Source: Bacteroidota bacterium
GTDB taxonomy: Bacteria > Bacteroidota > Ignavibacteria > Palsa-1295
Reading direction: 5' to 3'
DNA: 64,000 bases
NCBI GenBank assembly: GCA_030706385.1
Contig: JAUZOQ010000006.1
Location: 1,196 to 65,195 of the forward strand
Below the pieces are notes generated by a model that saw only the letters and a list, made by a program, of their open reading frames with translations, was not told the DNA's origin and did no database searches. The translations under genes were made by a program, and so were the position numbers. Shown here in pieces: positions 38,055-47,663 of the stretch. Position 1 is the stretch's first letter. Every line of letters starts with the position of its first letter.

Positions 38055-38910
38055 TTTTCTTCAGTCGTTCCAACCGCATGGAGGTTGTAGCATATTTTTT
38101 GTTGATAGGCGCCAAAAAATATGAACGGAATATGTAACCCCAGAACCCTCTCTCATTGAGCACTGGGTCAATAAGATGTTCGATCTTCTGATGTGCTTTC
38201 GGCGTCTCACTCCAATGGATGCCTGCACGTTCATGGTGAACCGTATGGAAGCCGTTATTAAAGAGAAGCTTATTTAGGAAGCCAACAAAATTACGAGAAT
38301 GATTCAGTTCAGACTCCTCATCTGCATGAACGTGTTGAACGTAATTGAAGACAAGCACGCTAAATAGCGAAACTTGATGCGGGATAGCGATAAACAAAAG
38401 TGCCTTCTTCCAATCAAAATAGAATGCAACTATGTAAAGCGCGCCCAAAGCGAAATACTGCATAAAAGCAAGGTAAAATTCCTTGCGATCGGTTCTCCAG
38501 AGTGTTTTCAAATAATCTCGGATCGGCTTCTGCTGGTAAAAGCTGGAAATTGACGGATAACTTACCAAAGAAAAGAAGTTGTTCTTCTCTGTTACGCGGT
38601 AAGTAATCGTATAATCGCCCAGCTTATTATTCATTACATGATGATTCTTATTATGTGTCGGAATCCACGCAAATGCCGGAAATCCGTAGAAGAGCGTAAG
38701 CCAGTAATCGGTCAGAACATTGAGCGTTTTCGAACGCCACATGGGTAAGTGGTTGTGGTTATGAGCAATCACAGCGACTGCTATCGCCATAAAAAGACAC
38801 AAAACGTAGAGAAAAATATTAAAGGGTGCCATGTTCCATTGAACGAACAACAGGGCAGTAGCAATGAACATGTATCCGAGGGTTCGGCGATCAGCCTTAT
38901 AACGTAACAT
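38038..38910 (-). CDS. Membrane fatty-acid desaturase family protein (di-iron, His-box)
   Basis: Three His boxes (HNHNH, HNKNHH, HTVHH) within a multi-transmembrane protein of 290 aa. Confidence 0.75.
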   Translation of the reverse strand: MLRYKADRRTLGYMFIATALLFVQWNMAPFNIFLYVLCLFMAIAVAVIAHNHNHLPMWRSKTLNVLTDYWLTLFYGFPAFAWIPTHNKNHHVMNNKLGDYTITYRVTEKNNFFSLVSYPSISSFYQQKPIRDYLKTLWRTDRKEFYLAFMQYFALGALYIVAFYFDWKKALLFIAIPHQVSLFSVLVFNYVQHVHADEESELNHSRNFVGFLNKLLFNNGFHTVHHERAGIHWSETPKAHQKIEHLIDPVLNERGFWGYIFRSYFLAPINKKYATTSMRLERLKKTSPLT

Positions 38911-39239
38911 TGAAATTCGATCTATCTAGTACAACTCAAAAAAAACAATAACTAAGCAGTGATAAGTGTGGAAAAGCTTATTATTGTGTATGTCATTTAA
39001 CACTTATTGTTTCAAATAGAATTCATCGGAAAATATAAAAAAGCTCTTATCTCCTTGCCTAAGAGGATGTTATTGGAACAATTATTTCCTGTTCATGAAA
39101 GAAGTCTTTCGCGAGTGCAGCGTCGAACTTATCGATATTCTTATACTTCAATGCCTGTAACAATGAGGCGTTGAATCGCCATTTCCGAAACAAGAATCGG
39201 AATCCTCTTCGCATTCCCTCTGTTTTACGCCGCTCTAAT

Positions 39240-39323
39240 GCCCGAGTGGTGAAATTGGCAGACACGCTGTGTTCAGGGCGCAGTAGTCGCAAGGCTGTGC
39301 GAGTTCAAGTCTCGCCTCGGGCA
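39240..39323 (+). tRNA. tRNA-Leu (anticodon CAG), class II with a long variable arm
   Basis: Folded by hand. Acceptor stem GCCCGAG/CTCGGGC, D-arm GGTG...CAC, anticodon stem CTGTG/CGCAG with loop TT-CAG-GG, a 16-nt variable arm, T-arm GCGAG-TTCAAGT-CTCGC, and discriminator A. No encoded CCA. It lies inside the spurious N-terminal extension of the track ORF 39171..40790. Confidence 0.85.
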
Positions 39324-39389
39324 CAAATACTTTCCGATGATACTTTTTGGAGTTCTTTTCTCGTAACTGCCTCCGAAAAATCTACTACC

Positions 39390-40790
39390 ATGGCTGCATC
39401 CTCTAACAATTCGACGCTTCGAACAGCCTGGATATCGATCCTTGTAACAGTAGTACTCATTGCAGCGAAACTGGTGGGCGGGTTACTTTCAGGCTCTCTC
39501 GCCCTGATTTCTCTTGCCGCAGAATCGACTTTAGACCTGTTTTCTGTCCTCCTGACACTTTTTGCGGTTCGCATTACAGCGAAGCCCGCAGATGAAGAGC
39601 ATCTCTATGGTCATGGAAAATTCGATAGTATTTCTTCTCTTTTTCAAAGCTTACTCCTTCTCGGAATTTCAGTTTGGATTTTTTATGAAGCCACAGATCG
39701 GCTTCTACATCCAAGTTCGATAAAACTGTCAATAGACTACCTGACCTTTGGAATTCTCATCGGCTCATTTATTCTCGACATCTGGCGTTCCCGTAAACTG
39801 GATTCCGTAGGGAAGGAAGTGCGGTCGCAAGCGCTACAGACGGATGCCTTGCATTTTTTTTCTGACGGGCTCAGTGCAGCCGTTGTTTTCGTAGGTCTTC
39901 TCTTCTCAAAGTATCTGAAACTTGACGGAGCAGATTCCTATGCGGCTATTCTAGTTTCCGGATTTGTAGGAATCATGAGTATAAGACAGGGGAAGCACGC
40001 CCTCGATGAATTGACTGACAGATTTGCCCATACAGCGGATTATGAAAAAGTGTCGAAGGTTATTTCCGAAACTCCGGGTGTGATCGGTCTCGAAAAACTA
40101 CGAATGAGGCATTCCGGACCAATTCTATTTATTGATGCGGGGATCACGATCAACAGAGTTCTACCATTCGCTTCAGTCGAGCATATCCTGAGCGACATTA
40201 AGGCGGACATACAATTAGTATTTCCAGGGGCCGAGGTAGTTCTTCACCCCCATGCGGTCAAGCTCGAATACGAATCCACATTTGAAACAATTAAACTCAT
40301 TACATCAGAAGAGGGACTGCTGCCGCACAATATCGAATTGAGCAAGAATTCGAACGGGGAAGTGACGCTAGATCTTCATCTGGAGTTTCCCCCGGAGAGC
40401 AGTTTCTTGAATGCCCATGAAAAAAGCGAAGAAATAGAACATAAAATAAAGGCTCATCTCCCCTCTATTTCAAAAATTGTACTGCATTTGGAAGAAGAGC
40501 GTCCCGATTATGCCTTGACCACGGTGACTGATATCACTTCGTCGAAACAAGATCTTGCGGCAGAAATGACGGCAATGGTTCGCAAAGAACATCAGAGCGT
40601 TCGGGAGGTTCGCGATATTACACTACTTCAGTCAGAGCCGTTTAAGGAGATAAAACTTGCTCTCACAATAGTTCTTGAAAGAAATCTTAGTTTGGCTGCA
40701 GCTCACGAGATCGTAACCGATGTTGAAAAGACTTTGCGTAGGCATTTTGCATTTCTAGCTAGAATTGTGATCCATTCGGAGCCGGAATGA
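39390..40790 (+). CDS. Cation diffusion facilitator (CDF) family metal efflux transporter with an extended C-terminal cytoplasmic domain
   Basis: Start moved to the ATG at 39390, downstream of the tRNA. Six-transmembrane CDF core with LAAESTLDLFSVL and HLYGHGKFDS motifs. About 466 aa, with a long acidic C-terminal region. Confidence 0.75.
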   Translation: MAASSNNSTLRTAWISILVTVVLIAAKLVGGLLSGSLALISLAAESTLDLFSVLLTLFAVRITAKPADEEHLYGHGKFDSISSLFQSLLLLGISVWIFYEATDRLLHPSSIKLSIDYLTFGILIGSFILDIWRSRKLDSVGKEVRSQALQTDALHFFSDGLSAAVVFVGLLFSKYLKLDGADSYAAILVSGFVGIMSIRQGKHALDELTDRFAHTADYEKVSKVISETPGVIGLEKLRMRHSGPILFIDAGITINRVLPFASVEHILSDIKADIQLVFPGAEVVLHPHAVKLEYESTFETIKLITSEEGLLPHNIELSKNSNGEVTLDLHLEFPPESSFLNAHEKSEEIEHKIKAHLPSISKIVLHLEEERPDYALTTVTDITSSKQDLAAEMTAMVRKEHQSVREVRDITLLQSEPFKEIKLALTIVLERNLSLAAAHEIVTDVEKTLRRHFAFLARIVIHSEPE

Positions 40791-40871
40791 GACTTTATCG
40801 AATCCCGGCAAATCCACAAAAATATGCGACGGCCTTCTGTGTTTCGTATTTTTGTATTCTAATACATTTAT

Positions 40872-42629
40872 ATGATCCATACATTTGATGTTGTAATAGT
40901 TGGCGCCGGCGGAGCCGGTTTACGGGCAGCCGTCGAGATCCCTTCAAATTACACTTGCGCAGTATTAACCAAGGTTCATCCTTTACGTTCGCATACGGGA
41001 GCTGCACAGGGTGGAGTATGTGCCGCACTTGGGAATTTAGAGGAAGATAATCCTGAATGGCACGCTTTTGATACCGTGAAGGGATCTGACTATCTCGGCG
41101 ATCAGGACGCGATTGAGGTCATGTGTAACGATGCTCCTCGTGCCATCATCGAGCTTGAGCACATGGGAATGCCATTTTCTCGAACAGACGAGGGAAAAAT
41201 AGCTCAACGACCCTTTGGCGGTCATACGAAGCCGATCGATCGCAACGATCCCGACTCCAAACGTATTCCTGTCAAAAGAGCTTGTTATTCTGCGGATCGA
41301 ACCGGTCACGTAATGCTCCATACTCTCTACGAGAATTGTATCAAGAATAAGATCAATTTCTTCAGCGAGTATTTCGTGACGGAATTGATTTATGAAGATG
41401 GCATATGTAGGGGAGTTGTTGCAATCGATATACTATCAGGCGAGATCCAAATTTTCCATGCGAAGGCAGTAATGTTTGCAACTGGAGGAGATGGCCGTAT
41501 CTGGCGTATCACTTCAAATGCTCATGTAGGGACAGGTGACGGATTTATTTTATCATACAATAAGGGAATACCATTGGAGGATATGGAATTCATGCAATTC
41601 CATCCCACAGGCCTTTGGAAGCTTGGAATCCTTGTCAGCGAAGCTGCACGCGGTGAAGGAGGAATTCTGCGCAACAAAGATGGAGAACGTTTTATGGAGC
41701 GGTACGCGCCAACTGTTAAAGATCTTGCACCTCGCGATATGGTGAGTAGAGCCATTATTACAGAAATACGTGAAGGTAGGGGCATAAAAGGTTCTGATGG
41801 AACGAGTTACGTCGATCTCGACCTCACTCACCTTGATCCCAAAATAATAAATGAGAAGCTTCCTGAAATTACAGGTTTTGCCAGAACATATTTAGGTGTC
41901 GAGCCGACGAAGGAAGGAGTACCGATTCAGCCCACTGCCCACTACACCATGGGAGGTATTCCGACAGATATCGACGGCCGAGTCCTAAAGAATTCCAACG
42001 GCGAGAAGGCTGTCGGCTTCTATGCAGCAGGCGAGTGCGCTTGCGTTAGCGTGCATGGTGCCAATAGGTTGGGTACAAATTCACTTCTTGACCTCATCGT
42101 GTTCGGTCGCCGAGGTGGTAAAGCCATTGTTGACTTTTTGAAGAATGCAACATTAGCTCCGCTGCCTGCTGATTCCGGGGAGTGGACTCGGAAACGAGTC
42201 GCCGATCTCAAGAATCATCCAAAGGGAGAGAATTGCGCCGATATCCGAACTGAAATGCAGAATATGATGATGGAGGATGTTGGAATTTTTCGGAATGAAG
42301 AAGGAATGCAAAGAGCGATCAATAAGCTCGGAGAGTTGAAAGAACGCTATAAGAATGTTTCCATAGATGACAAGGGTACGCAGTTTAATACTGATGTGCT
42401 TGAAGCAATCGAACTTGGGAATTTACTTGATACGGCAGAGATCGTTGCAGTTTCCGGAATTAACCGAAAAGAATCACGTGGTGCCCATGCGCGTGAAGAT
42501 TTCACGGAGCGCGACGATGTGAATTTCCTTAAGCATACGTTTGCTACAAAAAATGCTAACGGCAAGATATCGCTCGACTATAAGTCTGCGACAATTACGA
42601 AATACCAGCCGAAGAAGAGGGTATATTGA
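40872..42629 (+). CDS. sdhA: Succinate dehydrogenase / fumarate reductase flavoprotein subunit
   Basis: FAD-binding DVVIVGAGGAGLRAA. Covalent-FAD histidine context RSHTGAAQGG. HYTMGGI and the C-terminal capping domain. 585 aa. Confidence 0.88.
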   Translation: MIHTFDVVIVGAGGAGLRAAVEIPSNYTCAVLTKVHPLRSHTGAAQGGVCAALGNLEEDNPEWHAFDTVKGSDYLGDQDAIEVMCNDAPRAIIELEHMGMPFSRTDEGKIAQRPFGGHTKPIDRNDPDSKRIPVKRACYSADRTGHVMLHTLYENCIKNKINFFSEYFVTELIYEDGICRGVVAIDILSGEIQIFHAKAVMFATGGDGRIWRITSNAHVGTGDGFILSYNKGIPLEDMEFMQFHPTGLWKLGILVSEAARGEGGILRNKDGERFMERYAPTVKDLAPRDMVSRAIITEIREGRGIKGSDGTSYVDLDLTHLDPKIINEKLPEITGFARTYLGVEPTKEGVPIQPTAHYTMGGIPTDIDGRVLKNSNGEKAVGFYAAGECACVSVHGANRLGTNSLLDLIVFGRRGGKAIVDFLKNATLAPLPADSGEWTRKRVADLKNHPKGENCADIRTEMQNMMMEDVGIFRNEEGMQRAINKLGELKERYKNVSIDDKGTQFNTDVLEAIELGNLLDTAEIVAVSGINRKESRGAHAREDFTERDDVNFLKHTFATKNANGKISLDYKSATITKYQPKKRVY

Positions 42630-43363
42630 TCATATCCTATTTTCGCTATAAATATAGGTATGGATTCCGCCGCTTCGGCATCCATACCTTTTTTATTACT
42701 GCTCTTTCTATTGCAGCGCCTGTGCTCGCGCAGCACACCGCGCGCGAAATTGGATTTTCTTTTGCTTATGCCGGGCAAGCTCCGTTCGTGACCTCCGGAG
42801 ACGATCAATCAAGTTTCTTCCGTCAGCCATTAATACTAAACCTCCGCTACCAGGTTGCCACCAACTATGTCCAATCACTCTCTGTCGTACTTGAACGTAT
42901 AAGTGAGGAACGCAGTCGATTAGGACTATGGAACGACGTGCCCAACTCTGTCAATGGCGCCTATAATGCCGACATTGCTGAAAGGCTGACTATGACAACA
43001 CTAGGGTTAGAAGGACTTCGTACGCTCATTCGAACGGACATTTTCCGTCTCGGAGTTGGTATCGGTCTTGGATATGGCTTTGGAGGCGCTACGGCATCGG
43101 TCAGGAAGATAACCGATGGGTCTCAGCAGACTTTTGAATCTTGTGATTCCTGGAATGGTTTTTTGATTTCAGTTTTTGCCAGGGGGCGAGTAACAGTGTA
43201 CTCAACAAATTCGCTCGATGTTGGTATTACATTGACCTCGAGGCTTTGGGGATTTCCGACGATTTCACCATTAACTGATTGCCAGTCATCCTATAATGGC
43301 CCATCTCTGCGAAGCGTTTTTGAAATTGGATATTTGGCGGGCGTTTCGGTCGGTTTAAAATGA
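42626..43363 (+). CDS. Hypothetical outer-membrane beta-barrel-like protein
   Basis: Signal-like N-terminus (FFITALSIAAPVLAQ). Alternating hydrophobic beta-strand pattern and a C-terminus ending in an aromatic-rich segment. Overlaps the sdhA stop by 4 nt. 245 aa. Confidence 0.4.
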   Translation: MIISYFRYKYRYGFRRFGIHTFFITALSIAAPVLAQHTAREIGFSFAYAGQAPFVTSGDDQSSFFRQPLILNLRYQVATNYVQSLSVVLERISEERSRLGLWNDVPNSVNGAYNADIAERLTMTTLGLEGLRTLIRTDIFRLGVGIGLGYGFGGATASVRKITDGSQQTFESCDSWNGFLISVFARGRVTVYSTNSLDVGITLTSRLWGFPTISPLTDCQSSYNGPSLRSVFEIGYLAGVSVGLK

Positions 43364-43364
43364 C

Positions 43365-46300
43365 CTACTCGGAGAATAATACTTCTGTTTGTACTGGTTT
43401 GGGACTTTCCGCCGCACCGGCTATACACAAGTCTTTTGTTGCATCAAAGAACGCGCATTCCGGACAATGCGATAGTCGGCGTTCAATAGATTCCAATGGA
43501 GTTTTCTTTTGCGATTTGATTTTGTCGACCAGAGATTCAAGTCGGTGACCTATTCCCGAAAAGTCGTCCTGCGTAAAAGTAAAAGAAAGCAGATTTCCGG
43601 AGCGCGTATACAGAACATGTGCCTTCACCACTCTAGAGTTATATACCTCGGAAACCAGATAGGCATAAAACCTTAATTGGAATTCATACCGTTTTTTCTT
43701 CTCCGCATTCTCTCTGACCTCTGTCTTGTAATCAAGAATATTCCATACTCCATCCCTGTCAAGAAAGAGCTTATCCACAATTCCCGAGAGCATTTGGCCA
43801 TTTGGAAGTCTTAGACGCAATACCAGTTCAGAGCTACTATGGCTGGAATTAAGAGCCTCCTTACCAAGAGGACTTGCGTACACGGTCGTTACATCGGCAC
43901 GTACGCGCTGCAAAAAAAGATTTATCTCATCTTCAGATAAATGGAAATCGTTGCAGACTTCGGTTGAAACCTCATCGAGTAATGAATGATTTAGAGAGTG
44001 ATCAATAATGAAGCTGTTAGATCGCTCCAGTACCTTGTGTACGATTTGTCCCAGCAGGCTGCCTTGCACATTTTCTGCCAAGTCGAATGGCTCATTGTAA
44101 TATGGCAGTCTGCTAGCTTCAGGTAGCCCTAATTGGTAACGAAGGTAATACTTTGTAGGGCATTCCAGGTAAGTGAGCAACTGGGAAGGGCTATACCGTC
44201 CAGTACTTTCTGATGGTTCAACCCCATCTAGATAAAAAATGTACTCTTGCCGAATTTCAGGGTTCGAGTCACTCCGATTGGATGAAACGAGGAAGTCCTT
44301 TTGGTTTCGGGCAACAGGAATGAAGAAGGAGATAGGTTCGGAATAGGTCTCTGAAGATAGTCCTTTAGCTTTGTAGCGAGAAATACTCGTTTTGAGATTC
44401 AGTTCGGACGAATCTTCTCCCGGCACTTGGCCCAGCGACTCAAAGACCCATCCAATCCTTGTATTCTTGTACTGTTTTTTCGGTGAAGCACTAAGTATGA
44501 GATGATCTCTGGCGCGGGTCATGGCTACATAGAAGATTCGTTTTTCTTCTTCGATCTCCCTTTCTCTAGCGCGAGTTTTAATAAGCTCTACAATCGCCTG
44601 CTTGCCAGTCTGTTCGGGAAGATCCAGTCCAAGTCCGAGTTCTTTATCCAAAGTAAATCGGATCCTGCGGGCATCACCGCCGAGGAGTTTAGAATGAAGG
44701 TATGGCAGAAAGACGACTGGAAACTCCAAGCCTTTCGCATTATGAATAGTCATTAAATGTACAGCGTTCAGATATTGGAGGGGTTCAGCTTGTGCCTCCA
44801 TTTCGTCCCGCTCCATTAGAAGGCTGATCCGCTCAATGAAGTCGTAGGTGCCCGAGTACCCATCTTTTCCAAAGGAAAGAGAGAGTCTCACAAATTTTTC
44901 AAGATTTGCAATTTTCTGATCACCATCAGGAAGAGATTGAAGTATCCCTAGTATTCCACTTTCCGATATGATCTTTTGCAATAAGAATTGAGTGCTTACT
45001 CTGCCCACAAGCAGCAAGTTTTTACTGATCTGATCGTAAGCTCGAATGAATAGTTGTCTTGGAGACTTAGCAATTGAGTCTGTTAGTTTCTGCCACATGG
45101 ATGATTCAGATGGCCCTTCGTGTGTCAGCCGGTAAAGATCCACATCAGACACAGCAAAATAAGGGGAGCGTAGGATGCCGGCAAGGGCGATGTCATCATT
45201 AATATTGATAAGAAAACGAAGATAATTTGTAATATCGACGATCTCAGATCTCGTATAGAATCCTTTCCCGCCATACGTAACAAAGGGCACACCATTAAAG
45301 CGTAGCTCCTTTTCGATGGCAGATTGATGGGTTCTGTTTCGAAGCAATATAGCGATATCTGAATATCGTGGGGGCCGACCAACACCGATATCGGGCACTT
45401 CACTTATTTCGTAACGATTCAAGGAATTCGTTATGATTTCCTTTATCTTCAAAGCAATAAGTTGAACTTCGCTTACATCGATGGATTCTTCTTCAGATTC
45501 AGAGGCATCACCATAGGTGGAGTGTGCTTCTTCCGTCAGTTCCGGCAGCAAGATTTCTACTGACCCTTCTTTCTCTTCATTTCTGCCTTCGATAAGCGGA
45601 AGAAACGTAGAGCTCCCGTGCGATTGAGATCCTTTCTTAAAGAGCAAGTCGGAGACCACGTTTATGAAGGCAACAGGATTGGCAAGCATGCGGAAGCTTT
45701 CCAAAAGTTGGACGGGGGAGTTGTTCTTGTGTGCAGCCGAAATTTCCTTTATTGTTTCAAAATAAAGTTCAAGATCTGCGTTTCTGAATGAATAAATGGA
45801 TTGTTTTGGGTCTCCAACTACCGTAAGTCTGTTTGAGCTCTGAAAATTGCTTGTGAGTGCTTTTGCGATCTGGTACTGTGCGGCATCAGTGTCCTGGTAT
45901 TCATCGATCAGAATATGTGCAAAGCGCGTCGATAGCTCGGCCTGAATTTCAGGCTGTACTACAAGTCGAAGCGCATATTCGATAACATCGTCATAATCTA
46001 GAAGGCTATACCGGATTTTCTGTTCGCGATAGTCTGAATCTACACGCAGAAAAATATCAAGGAGCTGACGACAGTAATTCAAAAATAATGAGGGATCGGA
46101 ACCTGATTCGTTGAGCGCAGCAATAAGGTTGCCAAACCGAATGAACGGTTCTACATAGCGCTCAGACTCGGTCTGAAACTGCTCTCGTGTGACTTTATTG
46201 AAAAGATTGCCATTAAGGGTTAATTCCTTTGTGTAGAATGCTCGGATGAGATCTACGTAGGCACGTATCTTTTCTTCAGTGGTTTCTGCATTAAGAATTG

Positions 46301-47045
46301 CAGCAACAGCCTCTTCTGCACGTTGCCGATTACTCCCTTTTGTTGTTTTTTCTTCGAGCAGACGCAAGAAGAAGGCTAGGTCAATTGTCGAAAGTATTTC
46401 ATTTTCGAGAACCGATTGAATTGTTTTATTCCATTGGCTGAGAATTGCAAGGTCAGATTTGCTGTAAAACGATCTTATGAGCTCGTTAACTCTAAAGCGC
46501 GAACCAAGAAACGAATGAACCAGAGATGCAACCTTCCTTCGGCCGAAAAGCCGGAAGACTGGTAGAAGCTTAGATTCCGGTGAATCGCTTGCATCATAAG
46601 CACCCTCTAAGATGGAATAGAAAGTGGCACGAAGGGATTCTTCCCGAAGCAGCTGGTCTTCCGGAGAAGTCAGGATGGTAAAGGAAGCATCGACATGCGC
46701 CTCAACTGGATAAGTCCGTAAAAGCTGAATGCAGAATGAGTGAATCGTGGAGATAAAGGCACTGCCGAGTTGACGCTTAATCTCGAGCAATCGGTAACGA
46801 GTGGGTTCCTCGCCAACTCCCGTGAGTCGCTCGTTTAATTCATCACTGATCTTTTTCTTCAGATCACGAGCTGATGCGTCCGTGAAAGTAATGGCGACGA
46901 CATTACGGGGATGCAATTCAGGATTCTCTAACAAGATCTTGAGGTATCGCTCGACAAGAACGCGAGTTTTCCCAGATCCTGCATTGGCAATAATTGCCGT
47001 ATGGCTGGTTAGATCGAGTGCCGAAAGTTGGGATGGGGTTAGCAT
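43365..47045 (-). CDS. UvrD/Rep-family SF1 helicase fused to a C-terminal Cas4/AddB-type Fe-S PD-(D/E)XK nuclease (AddA/AdnB-like helicase-nuclease)
   Basis: Walker A ANAGSGKTRVLV (UvrD motif I) at the N-terminus, with helicase motifs across about 900 aa. C-terminal nuclease motifs: SPSQLLTYLECPTKYYLRY (first Cys), ILDYKTE (D-Y-K), QLRFYAYLV (QxxxY), and terminal HCPECAFFDATKDLC. Together these give 4 Cys in the Cas4/AddB Fe-S pattern. 1226 aa. Confidence 0.8.
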   Translation of the reverse strand: MLTPSQLSALDLTSHTAIIANAGSGKTRVLVERYLKILLENPELHPRNVVAITFTDASARDLKKKISDELNERLTGVGEEPTRYRLLEIKRQLGSAFISTIHSFCIQLLRTYPVEAHVDASFTILTSPEDQLLREESLRATFYSILEGAYDASDSPESKLLPVFRLFGRRKVASLVHSFLGSRFRVNELIRSFYSKSDLAILSQWNKTIQSVLENEILSTIDLAFFLRLLEEKTTKGSNRQRAEEAVAAILNAETTEEKIRAYVDLIRAFYTKELTLNGNLFNKVTREQFQTESERYVEPFIRFGNLIAALNESGSDPSLFLNYCRQLLDIFLRVDSDYREQKIRYSLLDYDDVIEYALRLVVQPEIQAELSTRFAHILIDEYQDTDAAQYQIAKALTSNFQSSNRLTVVGDPKQSIYSFRNADLELYFETIKEISAAHKNNSPVQLLESFRMLANPVAFINVVSDLLFKKGSQSHGSSTFLPLIEGRNEEKEGSVEILLPELTEEAHSTYGDASESEEESIDVSEVQLIALKIKEIITNSLNRYEISEVPDIGVGRPPRYSDIAILLRNRTHQSAIEKELRFNGVPFVTYGGKGFYTRSEIVDITNYLRFLININDDIALAGILRSPYFAVSDVDLYRLTHEGPSESSMWQKLTDSIAKSPRQLFIRAYDQISKNLLLVGRVSTQFLLQKIISESGILGILQSLPDGDQKIANLEKFVRLSLSFGKDGYSGTYDFIERISLLMERDEMEAQAEPLQYLNAVHLMTIHNAKGLEFPVVFLPYLHSKLLGGDARRIRFTLDKELGLGLDLPEQTGKQAIVELIKTRAREREIEEEKRIFYVAMTRARDHLILSASPKKQYKNTRIGWVFESLGQVPGEDSSELNLKTSISRYKAKGLSSETYSEPISFFIPVARNQKDFLVSSNRSDSNPEIRQEYIFYLDGVEPSESTGRYSPSQLLTYLECPTKYYLRYQLGLPEASRLPYYNEPFDLAENVQGSLLGQIVHKVLERSNSFIIDHSLNHSLLDEVSTEVCNDFHLSEDEINLFLQRVRADVTTVYASPLGKEALNSSHSSSELVLRLRLPNGQMLSGIVDKLFLDRDGVWNILDYKTEVRENAEKKKRYEFQLRFYAYLVSEVYNSRVVKAHVLYTRSGNLLSFTFTQDDFSGIGHRLESLVDKIKSQKKTPLESIERRLSHCPECAFFDATKDLCIAGAAESPKPVQTEVLFSE

Positions 47046-47056
47046 TAGTAGATTAC

Positions 47057-47614
47057 TCAGTCAATATCTTGTTCTTTCAACTTTGCTTCCAGGATCTTCA
47101 TTTCTTTTCCCATTTCTTCTAATTCTTTTTCTGAAAAGCCTGCTTCCGCTACTTCGAAATAGACAGTATCTTCGGCTAAAATATGCTGAAGTAGATTATT
47201 GATGATTTGAAACCCTGTATCGATAAGCCGCCGAACGGAGATGTGCATCGGAACGCGGTCATTCTCGAAATCACTTACAATACTACAGAACTCTTCGAAA
47301 TACGTTCGAAGATATTCGTGATCATAATTGAGGTAGAGGAATTTTATCCTTCCCTGAGGAACCAGCTTTTCCAGTCGAGGGAAAAAAACTTCCTCTTCTT
47401 TTAGTAGATGTACATTCAGATGCTCTCGAATATTTTCGCGAATTCTGAGCATCATCGCGTAATCACTTGTTGTTATAGATGCCCGGTATCCCTCTTTTTG
47501 AAGTCGTTCCAGAACGGTAAGGAGCGCGTTACAGGAAATCCGGAACGCCTCATGCTCATCAAGGAGTTGACGAACGGGGTTGCTGTAGGAACTAGCGGCA
47601 GTTGTTTCGTTCAC
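47057..47614 (-). CDS. Hemerythrin-like (HHE cation-binding) domain protein
   Basis: 185 aa. H/E-rich helical repeats (HEAFRISCNALL, REHLNVHLLKEEEVFFPRLEKL, HISVRRLID, HILAEDTVYFE) typical of hemerythrin-like di-iron domains. It lies 11 nt upstream of the helicase-nuclease on the same strand. Confidence 0.6.
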   Translation of the reverse strand: MNETTAASSYSNPVRQLLDEHEAFRISCNALLTVLERLQKEGYRASITTSDYAMMLRIRENIREHLNVHLLKEEEVFFPRLEKLVPQGRIKFLYLNYDHEYLRTYFEEFCSIVSDFENDRVPMHISVRRLIDTGFQIINNLLQHILAEDTVYFEVAEAGFSEKELEEMGKEMKILEAKLKEQDID

Positions 47615-47663
47615 AATATAGTAAACGTCTTTTCTGAAAGGAGAGATTCATTCATCTTTACTC

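Noticed and set aside
39059-39292. 77-aa minus-strand ORF, and the N-terminal 73 codons of the 539-aa plus ORF
   Set aside because: Both overlap a well-formed tRNA-Leu(CAG) at 39240-39323. The CDF transporter has a proper ATG at 39390 followed directly by its first transmembrane helix.
40872-42629. Alternative identity of the flavoprotein as L-aspartate oxidase (NadB)
   Set aside because: The His in RSHTGAAQGG (covalent FAD attachment) is present and the full roughly 585-aa length with a C-terminal helical domain fits SdhA/FrdA. NadB is shorter and lacks the covalent-FAD His.
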